Shown piece by piece: positions 21,428 to 30,165 of a stretch of DNA of 64,000 nucleotides. Under the pieces are notes generated by a model, which worked only from the letters and a program-made list of their open reading frames with translations, ran no database searches and was not told where the DNA came from. This stretch comes from Methanobacteriota archaeon (GTDB lineage: Archaea; Thermoplasmatota; Poseidoniia; Poseidoniales; Thalassarchaeaceae): assembly GCA_018650285.1 (NCBI GenBank), contig JABIGF010000019.1, forward strand, positions 3,086 to 67,085, in the 5' to 3' direction. A program made the position numbers and the translations under genes. Positions within the stretch are counted from its first letter, which is position 1, and each line of letters starts with the position of its first letter.

Positions 21428-23506
21428 ATGGCCAACCGCACAACTGCTATTCTCATACTACTTTCTATGCTCGCCATGTGTATCCCTAATAGCCAAATTA
21501 TCGGCGAGGCTGATGCACAAGTCACCTGTTGCGACTCTGCTGAAGTGGATTATTATCTGCTAGGAAAGGGCGATGAGGCCGGAGAAGGAACTTTGAGTCC
21601 TTTTTCAGTTGACCTAGGAGCAGAACATGAAGTATGGGTGACATCATCAGTCAGCCAACTCACAGAGATTGCGCGGTGGCGTCTACCACAAGCAACTTCT
21701 GGAAATTATCCAAGTTCAACTTGGACCCTATCTGTTGACTACGAAGTAGTTGATGCAACTGGAATCCAAGCCAATGTTTCAGCAGAAGTGAAAATTGGAG
21801 GGAAATCATGGACTGGTTATTCAAATACCAATCCTGCTTACACACCAGGAGAAAACACAATTCAAATTCAAATTGATATTGATGAAGAGGGAAATATCTT
21901 CTCAAGTGGAGAATTAATCGTAGTGGTTTTGAGCGTTCATTCAATTATTTTCAACTCAGCAGGAGATGATGCGGGTGTGCGTTTTGTATGGGGGACAGAA
22001 GACCACCCATCAAATCTTGAAGCAACAATACCTATTGTCAAAATGGATTGGCAACCGGCAATAGTCAACGGCCATTCTGTCCAAATCCCTGTTGTCCTAA
22101 ACTCAGGTCACGGTTCTGCAATTTGGGAGAAATCAATTACTGAGTTCAAGGTTGATGGATTAGTCGTTGATACTGTTGTAGCGACAACACACAATGATGG
22201 CGCTCAAATCTATCTGAATTGGGAGGCGCCTATTAGTGCATCAGATGGAGTCTATGAGGTGAATCTCTCACTAACAGTTTCCGATTCACAAATTCAACCG
22301 CTTGAAGGTGGATTTTCTTATGCCATCGTCTTTGGCTCTGGCGGCAGTAGTGGTGGTATTTTCCCAGCGGATGAACCATTGCGAAGTGGTGGAAGTCAAC
22401 TGAGTGTTACTATTGATGCTAAAGTAGAGGCGGGAGACCGCATTCGAAGAACTACTCAAATTGATTTTGAAGGACCTATGGCAACATGGATGCGATGGGG
22501 ATTTGATAACATAGGAAATGAATCACTAGATTCGCTTTCACAATGGAAGCAAGTGCAAGGCACTACATCAACAGAAGCAACTCGCAACAACCACCAAGTT
22601 GACTCTGCAGAAGTACAAGCATTAGAGACTCACCTTTCTGGTAAAGCGTCCTCTCTGAAGCGGTTCATGTTTGATGGCTTGATGATTGATTGTGGGCGCC
22701 TTATTGGTGTGGAACCAATTGCAGCTGCTGCTGCGCCAACAGTAGAGATCACTGTCCACGACGATTTCGGATTTAGCGATTCAAAAATCACCATCACAAT
22801 AGAATCGCTTGAAAACATCAAAGTCGGTGAAAAGAAAGTCTTGTTCGATAATTTTGTTCGGCCTCAACCTTCTGCAACACCATTTTGGACAGATTTGACC
22901 ATTGATGCGAAATTTACAACTTCGTTAATGGTTGGAACATCAGCGGTTGACGGTAGTGGAATAGGTTACTCCCACAATAGATTCATCATCACAGAATCAA
23001 TTGGAGTAAGTGGCACAACACTTTCTGGAGAGGAGGATATGAAGGACTATCGCGTTGCCTTTGTGATAGGTGACATTACCCACGCCCCACTAATCACTCT
23101 ATTCGAATCGTTTGCAATTGTCGTATTGTTTTCCATGTTGGCTCGCCGCCTAACTGAAAATAAACCTAGAACGGGTTACTGGCTTACCTCTCTCCTCTTT
23201 ACAGCCGTATGGGGTTACGCCTACTTCTTTGCCCTCCCATTATTCTTCATGTTAGCCGCATTGGTTGCTGCTGGAATAATGATGTTAGCAGTCGCCGTAG
23301 TGACGCCCAAAATTAGTTTAGAAGATTCTCTTGCAGACGAAGCCGCATATCTTTCCATCATGCCAACCATTGGTAAGCGCAAAAGAAAAGTGGCCAATCC
23401 AGTAGTAGAATGTCCAGTCTGCCTTGAAGCAATAGAAATTAAATCGAAACAGAGACCTGTAAGAGTAAGGTGTGATATCTGTGATACTAAACTAAAAATT
23501 TCCTGA
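21428..23506 (+). CDS. Secreted/membrane hypothetical protein with C-terminal zinc ribbon
   Basis: Signal peptide MANRTTAILILL, three C-terminal TM helices, CPVC...CDIC. Confidence 0.7.
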   Translation: MANRTTAILILLSMLAMCIPNSQIIGEADAQVTCCDSAEVDYYLLGKGDEAGEGTLSPFSVDLGAEHEVWVTSSVSQLTEIARWRLPQATSGNYPSSTWTLSVDYEVVDATGIQANVSAEVKIGGKSWTGYSNTNPAYTPGENTIQIQIDIDEEGNIFSSGELIVVVLSVHSIIFNSAGDDAGVRFVWGTEDHPSNLEATIPIVKMDWQPAIVNGHSVQIPVVLNSGHGSAIWEKSITEFKVDGLVVDTVVATTHNDGAQIYLNWEAPISASDGVYEVNLSLTVSDSQIQPLEGGFSYAIVFGSGGSSGGIFPADEPLRSGGSQLSVTIDAKVEAGDRIRRTTQIDFEGPMATWMRWGFDNIGNESLDSLSQWKQVQGTTSTEATRNNHQVDSAEVQALETHLSGKASSLKRFMFDGLMIDCGRLIGVEPIAAAAAPTVEITVHDDFGFSDSKITITIESLENIKVGEKKVLFDNFVRPQPSATPFWTDLTIDAKFTTSLMVGTSAVDGSGIGYSHNRFIITESIGVSGTTLSGEEDMKDYRVAFVIGDITHAPLITLFESFAIVVLFSMLARRLTENKPRTGYWLTSLLFTAVWGYAYFFALPLFFMLAALVAAGIMMLAVAVVTPKISLEDSLADEAAYLSIMPTIGKRKRKVANPVVECPVCLEAIEIKSKQRPVRVRCDICDTKLKIS

Positions 23507-23544
23507 ATAATGATGAATGACTTTTAGCAGATGGTCTTTGTCGG

Positions 23545-24396
23545 GTGGCTATGCGCTCACTGTTAGAGTTGGAGGCATTTGCCACAATTTCTGACAATCT
23601 GCAAGCTATAGCAAAATCAATAGACAAATCTGAGCATCTTACTCTACTTGTACCACCATCACCAACTGGTGCAGCGGCATCCGCACAATTGGAAGCGGCT
23701 CTACTTGATTCTGAAATCCCCTATCGCCGCCAGTTTACACCGCGGGAGGCATCGCCACCTTGTATCGAAATTACTGAGGGCGAGGCAAAAGACGGGCCTG
23801 TCCCCTTTTCTAATGAATCAATGAATGCAAAACTATCACCTATGTTCGCAATAGGAGTTAGAGGACACGATGGGGCTGCTCATCGGGGCGTCCTCTCACC
23901 TGTAGCACAAGCGGCTGCTTTAGCCGAGTTGATCTCACCTGATGGCAAACGTATGCGAAAGATTAGGCCATGGCTACTTGCAGGCAATTGGTGGGCTTCA
24001 GGGCTAGACCAAGGCTATGACCCCATATACAGTGCATTAAGAGACCACTTGAAGGAGGAAGGCGGGGTACGAATATTACCATTGCCAGAAGTTGACAATC
24101 CTGACATGACTAGGCTCTCAAAAATAGATTCAGAGAGAGATACAACAACACGAGAGGCGTGGCCTGCCATGGACCTTGATGACAAAGCAAATGCCCTCAG
24201 CACACTAATTCTACCCCAAGTAGTTAGTGAAAATCCTTCAACCGCCCGACTTGAAGAATTAATTTGGCATCGGGTCAAAATATCTAGTTCCGGCAAAGAC
24301 CTGCATTCAAGCATGGTTGCTGCAAGGTCAATGTGGGATGGTTCGCCAAAATCAACTGCTGATTTAGTAGACGCAATTGTATCTGATTCTATCTGA
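23545..24396 (+). CDS. Hypothetical protein, possibly a degenerate DHH/RecJ-like homologue
   Basis: N-terminal pattern LTLLVPPSPTGAAASAQLEAALLDSEIPY resembles DHH motif I without its Asp residues; next to rps15. Confidence 0.45.
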   Translation: MAMRSLLELEAFATISDNLQAIAKSIDKSEHLTLLVPPSPTGAAASAQLEAALLDSEIPYRRQFTPREASPPCIEITEGEAKDGPVPFSNESMNAKLSPMFAIGVRGHDGAAHRGVLSPVAQAAALAELISPDGKRMRKIRPWLLAGNWWASGLDQGYDPIYSALRDHLKEEGGVRILPLPEVDNPDMTRLSKIDSERDTTTREAWPAMDLDDKANALSTLILPQVVSENPSTARLEELIWHRVKISSSGKDLHSSMVAARSMWDGSPKSTADLVDAIVSDSI

Positions 24397-24436
24397 TACC
24401 AAATAATTGAGAATGATTTGCTGAGCAAATCAATAA

Positions 24437-24892
24437 TCATTCTACCATTAGACGTAGTTGGTCACGCTTGTAATTCCAATCACCGTCTAACATTCCGTTA
24501 CCCTTGTAGTAACGTGCTGAGCGACGAATCTTTGATTCGATGAGATTGAGTTGACGACTATTGTGCAAATCCTTTCGGTTACTCTCTAAATGGTCGATGA
24601 TTCCCTGCGCCTTGCGCATCATGTTCATCAATTCTTCAGGAACTTTGCGAGTCTTACCTGCTTCGTTGAGTACATCACTGACTGATTTGCCAAGAAGAAG
24701 TTTTACGCTTGGTACTGAATGCTGGTCACGAAGAATTGTGCCAATCATCGCATTGGAATGGCCTGCATCGTGCATTTCAACGATTAATGATTCAACCATT
24801 GATGCATCTTTTTCTGACCACTCAGGTACTTCACTAGAATCAGGACGCTTGGAGCCTGACTTACCCTTTCCACCACTGTGCATTCGAGCCAT
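24437..24892 (-). CDS. rps15: 30S ribosomal protein uS15 (archaeal S15P/S13e)
   Basis: MARMHSGGKGKSGS, IGTILRDQH, LIESKIRR..RYYK. Confidence 0.97.
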   Translation of the reverse strand: MARMHSGGKGKSGSKRPDSSEVPEWSEKDASMVESLIVEMHDAGHSNAMIGTILRDQHSVPSVKLLLGKSVSDVLNEAGKTRKVPEELMNMMRKAQGIIDHLESNRKDLHNSRQLNLIESKIRRSARYYKGNGMLDGDWNYKRDQLRLMVE

Positions 24893-24960
24893 ATGTACAC
24901 CTTGAGCGAGCCGCCGACCTACTCCCCATTCATAACCGCTCCGCCTCTCTAAGAGAGGCT

Positions 24961-26802
24961 TCACAGCCTGTGTTTGGTCTTTGCAACTCTTCCAGGGCTA
25001 CCAAAATACTCCCACTTTGAAGTCACGCTTCTAGCGCTTCCAAGAAGTTTACCGGACCTGAAAATAAGAACCTCATCGCCCTCTCTTAAATCGCCTACGA
25101 CCTTGTCAACCATTGGTGAAAATATGTCACCTTCTAATTTTGGACCGTCCACTAAATGAACCTCTCCAAGAGTTTTACATTCAGATAAATTGGGCAATGT
25201 TGATTTTGCAAATGCAAACCTTCCATCGTTTGGATGCCACATTGCCAACTGCTCTTTTCCTTGCAAAATCTTCCATCTAGGGGGTTTTCCACCCACATGT
25301 GCTTTAGCAAGCCAGTCATCATTTGCATGAAGCCAACGCGAAATGGCTCGCATTTTGATGAGCAAATGTTGTTTCTCACCAATACGATATTCTGGATGGA
25401 ATTGTTTTGCCGCAGCATCAGATGCTTCCTTCAAACGGTCAAGTGCATCTGCAGAACCTGCCCCTTCACCTTGACGTGTATCAATTATTTCAGCGGGGAT
25501 TTCATCGCCATCTAAACTAATTCCGCTGTGGTTAATGACCTGCTTGTATCCATTGTTTTGAACGAACGATTTTACCAACTTTTGGATCATTTCTATTTCT
25601 TCGCCATCCCAGTCGCCGGTGACCGGAATATCGTAGTGACCAGCCGGCCATAATTCCTCTAATTCCCTTGGCACTAATCCAAGTGGAGAGGTGACCATAA
25701 CTTCGTGAATTGGTCGGTGACGAAGCACTCTTCGGAAACGTCTGTGAGATTGAGACATTGAGTATGGTTTACGAGCACTACATGGGAGTAATACTAGAAC
25801 TTCTGATTGCTCTGCAGGTGCACGGTATTCAGTAGCCATGCGATTAATCCAATCAACTATCAATGGGTCTTGACGACTGACTGCGCTATTACAACGCCAT
25901 TTAGTCCCCTCTTTGACGAAGCGGCGCAACGGGGCACCATGAATTTCAATATTATTCAGGCCGTGCAATTCATCCTTCATCATTCGGTCATGGAAACGAA
26001 GATGTTCGACCAATTTAGGAGAATTTAGAGAACGCTTTTCAACCAATTGTCTCAATGTACCACCTGTGATAGCTGACTTTACTGCAGAAAGTTCTCTCTT
26101 CCACTCGACTACCTGTTCGGAGAAGACTGAATCCTCATCAAATTCAGCATTCGGCTTTCTAGCACCATCTGCTGTCAGAAGGTAGCCAAGTGATTCCGCT
26201 TGTCGTGAACGGGTGAAATCATGTAAATCTGCACCAAACCATGTGAGAAGTGCGAGATTGTCTGGCCCTGACAGTCCTGGGCACCAGAGTAGCGCACCGG
26301 GAAAACGTGTCCTCAATACGGCCAAAGCAGTAGCCAATTTACCAGGGTGGTTCGCTAATTGCAATGAATCAACCAATGCAATAATTTCGGGCTGCTCACC
26401 AAGTTCCGCTAATTCAGAATCATGAATCATCGCTTGCCAAGATATTGCTAGCAACCCACCGAAGGCGCGGCTTTTCAAGCCGCTGTCAGCATCTTCTAAC
26501 GACGGTGGCAACACATGATTCATCTGACAATGCCATTCAGGGCTATCATTGTCAAATGGCATTGCCAAAGCCCCCCGTCCAGTTACTTTCATTGATGCTG
26601 GCAAAGAAGTGCTATCGTATTCGACGATAAAAGGCATAATTCCAGCTGACAATTCGACTTCATCAACATCTTTCTTGGTTCCAACAAGAGCCGGTGTGCG
26701 GCAGATGGGAGATTTGCGGTCTCCAAGCGCAATAATGCGCGAATGGCGCAATCTTTGGACGACTGTGCGCCCCAAGGTGGAATCAATCACGAAGGGCGCC
26801 AC
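24961..26802 (-). CDS. arcS: Archaeosine synthase alpha subunit (DUF5591 + PUA)
   Basis: LLPCSARKPYS.SQSH, VTSPLGLVPRELE, YDIPVTGDW, C-terminal PUA (GDEVLIF); GTG start inferred. Confidence 0.85.
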   Translation of the reverse strand: MAPFVIDSTLGRTVVQRLRHSRIIALGDRKSPICRTPALVGTKKDVDEVELSAGIMPFIVEYDSTSLPASMKVTGRGALAMPFDNDSPEWHCQMNHVLPPSLEDADSGLKSRAFGGLLAISWQAMIHDSELAELGEQPEIIALVDSLQLANHPGKLATALAVLRTRFPGALLWCPGLSGPDNLALLTWFGADLHDFTRSRQAESLGYLLTADGARKPNAEFDEDSVFSEQVVEWKRELSAVKSAITGGTLRQLVEKRSLNSPKLVEHLRFHDRMMKDELHGLNNIEIHGAPLRRFVKEGTKWRCNSAVSRQDPLIVDWINRMATEYRAPAEQSEVLVLLPCSARKPYSMSQSHRRFRRVLRHRPIHEVMVTSPLGLVPRELEELWPAGHYDIPVTGDWDGEEIEMIQKLVKSFVQNNGYKQVINHSGISLDGDEIPAEIIDTRQGEGAGSADALDRLKEASDAAAKQFHPEYRIGEKQHLLIKMRAISRWLHANDDWLAKAHVGGKPPRWKILQGKEQLAMWHPNDGRFAFAKSTLPNLSECKTLGEVHLVDGPKLEGDIFSPMVDKVVGDLREGDEVLIFRSGKLLGSARSVTSKWEYFGSPGRVAKTKHRL

Positions 26803-26854
26803 CTGTGCGCCATAATTGAATGATTCTAAATGCCTCGGAGGTTGCCAAGCAGAT

Positions 26855-29092
26855 GTGAGCAGGCTAGCACTACCCACCGCACTAGCAATTTTGCTGCTCT
26901 TCGCAGCCATCCCAATGGCCAATGAAGAGCCATTTCAACTTGCAGAAAATAGTCAGCCACAACAATCTTCCACCCATTCTCTAGGCGAAGGGGAGACAAA
27001 TTGGTCGAATACGGTCATGACTCGCCAGAGTTCATTTTGGGTTGCTATTGATTGCCCGTCAGAAACCGCCTGCGAAGAATTGAATTTGACAGTGACTGAT
27101 TCGGCAGGCACAGAATACACAGAAACAGGGCGTTTTCACCTTGAACTTACTGGAAACCTCTCCTTTGGAGAAACCACTGTTCGCATCACTCGCCTAGGAA
27201 ATACCGCACAAGATTTAGTCATTCAACAGATATTCTTTGATACATACTCGGGTGAGTTTGGTGATGCCCCCTCACAAATACCTAATCCTGGAGAAAACAG
27301 TTCTAATTGGCCCCTTGCTGAACTTGATGGTTGCAATGGAGTAGTCACTTGTGGACTGATTGACCGAACGATGATTGACCCCGCAGCAGTCTGGTTGAAC
27401 GGCAGTTTGGATTCCCTCGAAGATGCGGATACATTCAAACTCAATAGTAGTTCAAATGAATTGATTGAATTGGAAGTTGTTGCTGTTTCCACCGATATTA
27501 CAATTGAAGTCTGGAATCTTACAGATGAAGATCTCTTCCTTATGGGGCAGTGGCAATTTATGGCTGGTAGCAGTTTTGTACCAACTCGGCTAATTCTTGA
27601 ACAAACAAATGGAGAAACTTGGATTTCAATCAACAACGCCGGAGGCGTTGGTCTTTATTCGCTAAGATTGGCAAACCATTCTCAATACTATGAACTACAA
27701 AACACAACGAGTGATTTTGATTTACCAACCCATCCATATTTTGGATATAGTGGGAATATGACACTTTCTGGCCACATCATTACAGGCGACTTAGGTGATG
27801 CTCTTACCATCCAAATGGGGTCGCGTAGTACTGTGACGATTGAATGGTATTTCAGCGATGATGCTGAAATCCAAATCCTTGCAAGAGATGGGAATTGGCA
27901 GACAATTCACACACTAACCAATAGAACTGGAAGTATTGATTTCACCGCCCCTGAAAATTCTGACAGAGGCGGTTTTGTAATCACGAATGCTAGCGGGCCC
28001 CTAATTTGGTCTGTCAAAATAATTGAGTGGGGGCCGTGGGATGGAGGATGGGTTGGAGATGCACTTGACCAGCCACCAAATGGCATGGCTGATGCTAACG
28101 ATATGGCAGCCTTCACAGGGGCTAGCGGCAGTATTTCAGGCGAGATTGGTGGAGATGATATTCGCGATGTGTATCTCATTGAGAGAGAAGTTGGTTTCCC
28201 CTATCGCTCCCTGCTAAGTGCAACTATTGAAGGAGACCCTGGCACCTGTACATTGAAACTTGTTCAACTCAACACAACGGCATACAGTTCGTGGAGTACT
28301 GTGTCATGGAATCTTACAGATATGACTGGCCAACAAGCAAGCACCACACTTGATTTACCACACGGAACCCACCTATTAATTATAGAATCGAGAACTACAA
28401 CTGAGGTCGGTTATTCAGTAAACTGGGCTTGGTTGACACCTGAAGGAGCAGAGCCAATTGAAGAAGAATGGGTTGATTATTCTGATGGGATGAAAGGGTT
28501 TTACATCTTGATTGGAATCATTCTATTATTGCCAATGATGGTAGCAATATACTGGAAATTCAATGAGGATGACGAAATTGAAATTGAAGTACATGAAAAG
28601 AAACGACTTGAACGCTTGCGTCAGAGATTGATAAGTGCAGACCCGAATGATTCAATGGACCCAAATGCCTTACTGCACGCATTGGAATCGCTAGCAGACA
28701 CCGATTGGGAGGCATTGACTAAACAATGGGGTGAACCAATGACTAGACACACCACCGAATCTTTAGATCTAGCCATTTGGCAACTTGCCGAATTAGATGG
28801 TGCAAAATCAGTCACGGTAGGCCTAACTGTTGGCGATGAGAATTGGACACTAGCGGGAATTAGATTCCAAGCAATACAAGGAAGTGAATGGGAAATTATT
28901 GCTGTAACACCAGAGAGTATGTTTGATGGTGATGAAGTATTCTTAGGTGACTTAAAATCACAAAGCAGCCAATTCTACCGCATTGACCTAGCTGGTAAAG
29001 CGGAGGGCTTTGATTTAATTTTATCAGGACTTGTCGGAGGAAACCCTGTTGCAGCAGTCCCTACAAAAGCCGCTTTACTAGAAGAAGAATAA
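26855..29092 (+). CDS. Membrane-anchored surface hypothetical protein (PPC-like beta domains)
   Basis: Signal peptide after inferred GTG start; repeated G...D.D.(F/Y) beta motifs; single TM near residue 560. Confidence 0.7.
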   Translation: MSRLALPTALAILLLFAAIPMANEEPFQLAENSQPQQSSTHSLGEGETNWSNTVMTRQSSFWVAIDCPSETACEELNLTVTDSAGTEYTETGRFHLELTGNLSFGETTVRITRLGNTAQDLVIQQIFFDTYSGEFGDAPSQIPNPGENSSNWPLAELDGCNGVVTCGLIDRTMIDPAAVWLNGSLDSLEDADTFKLNSSSNELIELEVVAVSTDITIEVWNLTDEDLFLMGQWQFMAGSSFVPTRLILEQTNGETWISINNAGGVGLYSLRLANHSQYYELQNTTSDFDLPTHPYFGYSGNMTLSGHIITGDLGDALTIQMGSRSTVTIEWYFSDDAEIQILARDGNWQTIHTLTNRTGSIDFTAPENSDRGGFVITNASGPLIWSVKIIEWGPWDGGWVGDALDQPPNGMADANDMAAFTGASGSISGEIGGDDIRDVYLIEREVGFPYRSLLSATIEGDPGTCTLKLVQLNTTAYSSWSTVSWNLTDMTGQQASTTLDLPHGTHLLIIESRTTTEVGYSVNWAWLTPEGAEPIEEEWVDYSDGMKGFYILIGIILLLPMMVAIYWKFNEDDEIEIEVHEKKRLERLRQRLISADPNDSMDPNALLHALESLADTDWEALTKQWGEPMTRHTTESLDLAIWQLAELDGAKSVTVGLTVGDENWTLAGIRFQAIQGSEWEIIAVTPESMFDGDEVFLGDLKSQSSQFYRIDLAGKAEGFDLILSGLVGGNPVAAVPTKAALLEEE

Positions 29093-29147
29093 TTTATTAT
29101 TCCCAAACATATTATCCAATTAGTAAATTAATTATTGAATTGTTATC

Positions 29148-29166
29148 ATGACACCTTTGGTGTCAT
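29148..29166. promoter_or_regulatory. Perfect 8-bp inverted repeat, possible operator
   Basis: ATGACACC-TTT-GGTGTCAT in the AT-rich intergenic region. Confidence 0.4.
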
Positions 29167-29292
29167 TATGAAAGATAAGGCACCAATATAATAACGGCTG
29201 CCGAGTATACAAATAATAGGATTTATTAAAAAATTAGAATATAACAAATAAAAAAGTTAAAATTTGTTAAAAACCGGTTTTGAATCGTAACA

Positions 29293-29300
29293 TTTTTATA
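29293..29300 (+). promoter_or_regulatory. Putative archaeal TATA box of the leader/tRNA transcript
   Basis: TTTTTATA about 45 nt upstream of the leader ATG; predicted start site near 29325. Confidence 0.55.
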
Positions 29301-29345
29301 CCCCCGCCACATCTGACCCTATATAGCAATATTATGGTGATTATT

Positions 29346-29426
29346 ATGTGCCAAGAAAAATTCATCCGGGGGGGTCGTCTTCGCAGACGAGTTCGATTTA
29401 ATGAATGTACATTTGAAGCCTTGTAA
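29346..29426 (+). CDS. Arg(CGN)-rich leader peptide MCQEKFIRGGRLRRRVRFNECTFEAL
   Basis: GGTGA SD at 29336-29340, 5 nt before the ATG; Arg codons CGG, CGT, CGC, AGA, CGA, CGA within codons 8-17; alternative in-frame ATG at 29334. Confidence 0.65.
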   Translation: MCQEKFIRGGRLRRRVRFNECTFEAL

Positions 29427-29432
29427 TTATTC

Positions 29433-29472
29433 GGCGCCTCTCATTCTATTAATTAGGCTGAGAAGCGTCTTT
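29433..29472 (+). terminator. Long hairpin between leader ORF and first tRNA (possible attenuator)
   Basis: GGCGCCTCTCA (29433-43) pairs with TGAGAAGCGTC (29459-69) with one mismatch, plus an inner stem; followed by TTT. Confidence 0.4.
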
Positions 29473-29494
29473 AGACAAAATTTGCCGGCACCTT

Positions 29495-29566
29495 GGAGGT
29501 GTGGTGTAATGGATAGCATCGGGGGTTTCGAACCCCTGGATCCCGGTTCAATCCCGGGCACCTTCG
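29495..29566 (+). tRNA. tRNA-Arg(TCG), atypical
   Basis: Acceptor GGAGGTG/CACCTTC, D stem GTGT/GCAT with GGA (A20), anticodon stem GGGGG/CCCCT with loop TTTCGAA, T arm CCCGG-TTCAATC-CCGGG, G73; no encoded CCA. Confidence 0.85.
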
Positions 29567-29586
29567 CCGGCATTAATTCGCTATAC

Positions 29587-29662
29587 GGGTGTGTGACTGT
29601 AGCGGATATCACTTGGGACTGCGACTCCCTCGACCTGGGTTCAATTCCCAGCACGCCCACCA
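29587..29662 (+). tRNA. tRNA-Arg(GCG), atypical
   Basis: Acceptor GGGTGTG/CACGCCC, D loop AGCGGATA, anticodon loop CTGCGAC, T arm CTGGG-TTCAATT-CCCAG, A73 plus encoded CCA; weak D stem and a T-T mismatch in the anticodon stem. Confidence 0.8.
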
Positions 29663-29712
29663 AATCAAAACAAAATAAAAAGGAGAAACAAAACAAAAAA
29701 GGAAGTAATAAT

Positions 29713-30165
29713 ATGATGAAAAATATAAGAAAAATTGCGATAAAAACAATCGGTAGAATATCGGATAACGGTCCGCCAATCGTTTCAATCAACGGCATCC
29801 TTGGATTCAGGGAGTACACCAGATACGAGAATTCATGGTTCTACATAGGTAGGTCGCCCATTAGTAGATGCATTGTCATTATGCAGGACGACTGGGTTGA
29901 GATTCACAATGTGTGCGTAAATGAGCCTGAAGATAGAAGCAAGGGTCACGGCACTGCTATGATTGCAGATATTAGACAAGCTTTCCCAAACCATCACATC
30001 TGGGTCAACACGGCCGAATGCTCGAGAGCGTTCTGGGAAAAGATGGTCGATAGGGGTCACATTGACTCCATCGAAAATGAATACTGGTGGCCTTGCTGGG
30101 ATACAACCTGCACTATTTGTCACCCGACAAGAACAACAGGAAAAAGGAGGTGTGGCTCATGGTGA
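29713..30165 (+). CDS. GNAT-family N-acetyltransferase
   Basis: VEIHNVCV...RSKGHGTAMI (acetyl-CoA motif A) and SRAFWEKM (motif B); start moved downstream of the tRNAs. Confidence 0.8.
   Translation: MMKNIRKIAIKTIGRISDNGPPIVSINGILGFREYTRYENSWFYIGRSPISRCIVIMQDDWVEIHNVCVNEPEDRSKGHGTAMIADIRQAFPNHHIWVNTAECSRAFWEKMVDRGHIDSIENEYWWPCWDTTCTICHPTRTTGKRRCGSW

Noticed and set aside
29367-29400. Third tRNA remnant (GTTCGATT resembles a T-loop)
   Set aside because: No T stem, acceptor stem or 7-nt anticodon loop; better explained by the leader ORF and its hairpin
29526-29532. Reading the first tRNA as Glu(TTC) or Gln
   Set aside because: The 5-bp stem sets a 7-nt loop with TCG centred, and A20 supports Arg; actual charging is untested
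29401-29712. N-terminal extension of the 254-aa ORF and the antisense ORF 29427-29819
   Set aside because: Both run through two tRNA cloverleaves and an A-rich spacer; GNAT-like sequence begins only after 29713
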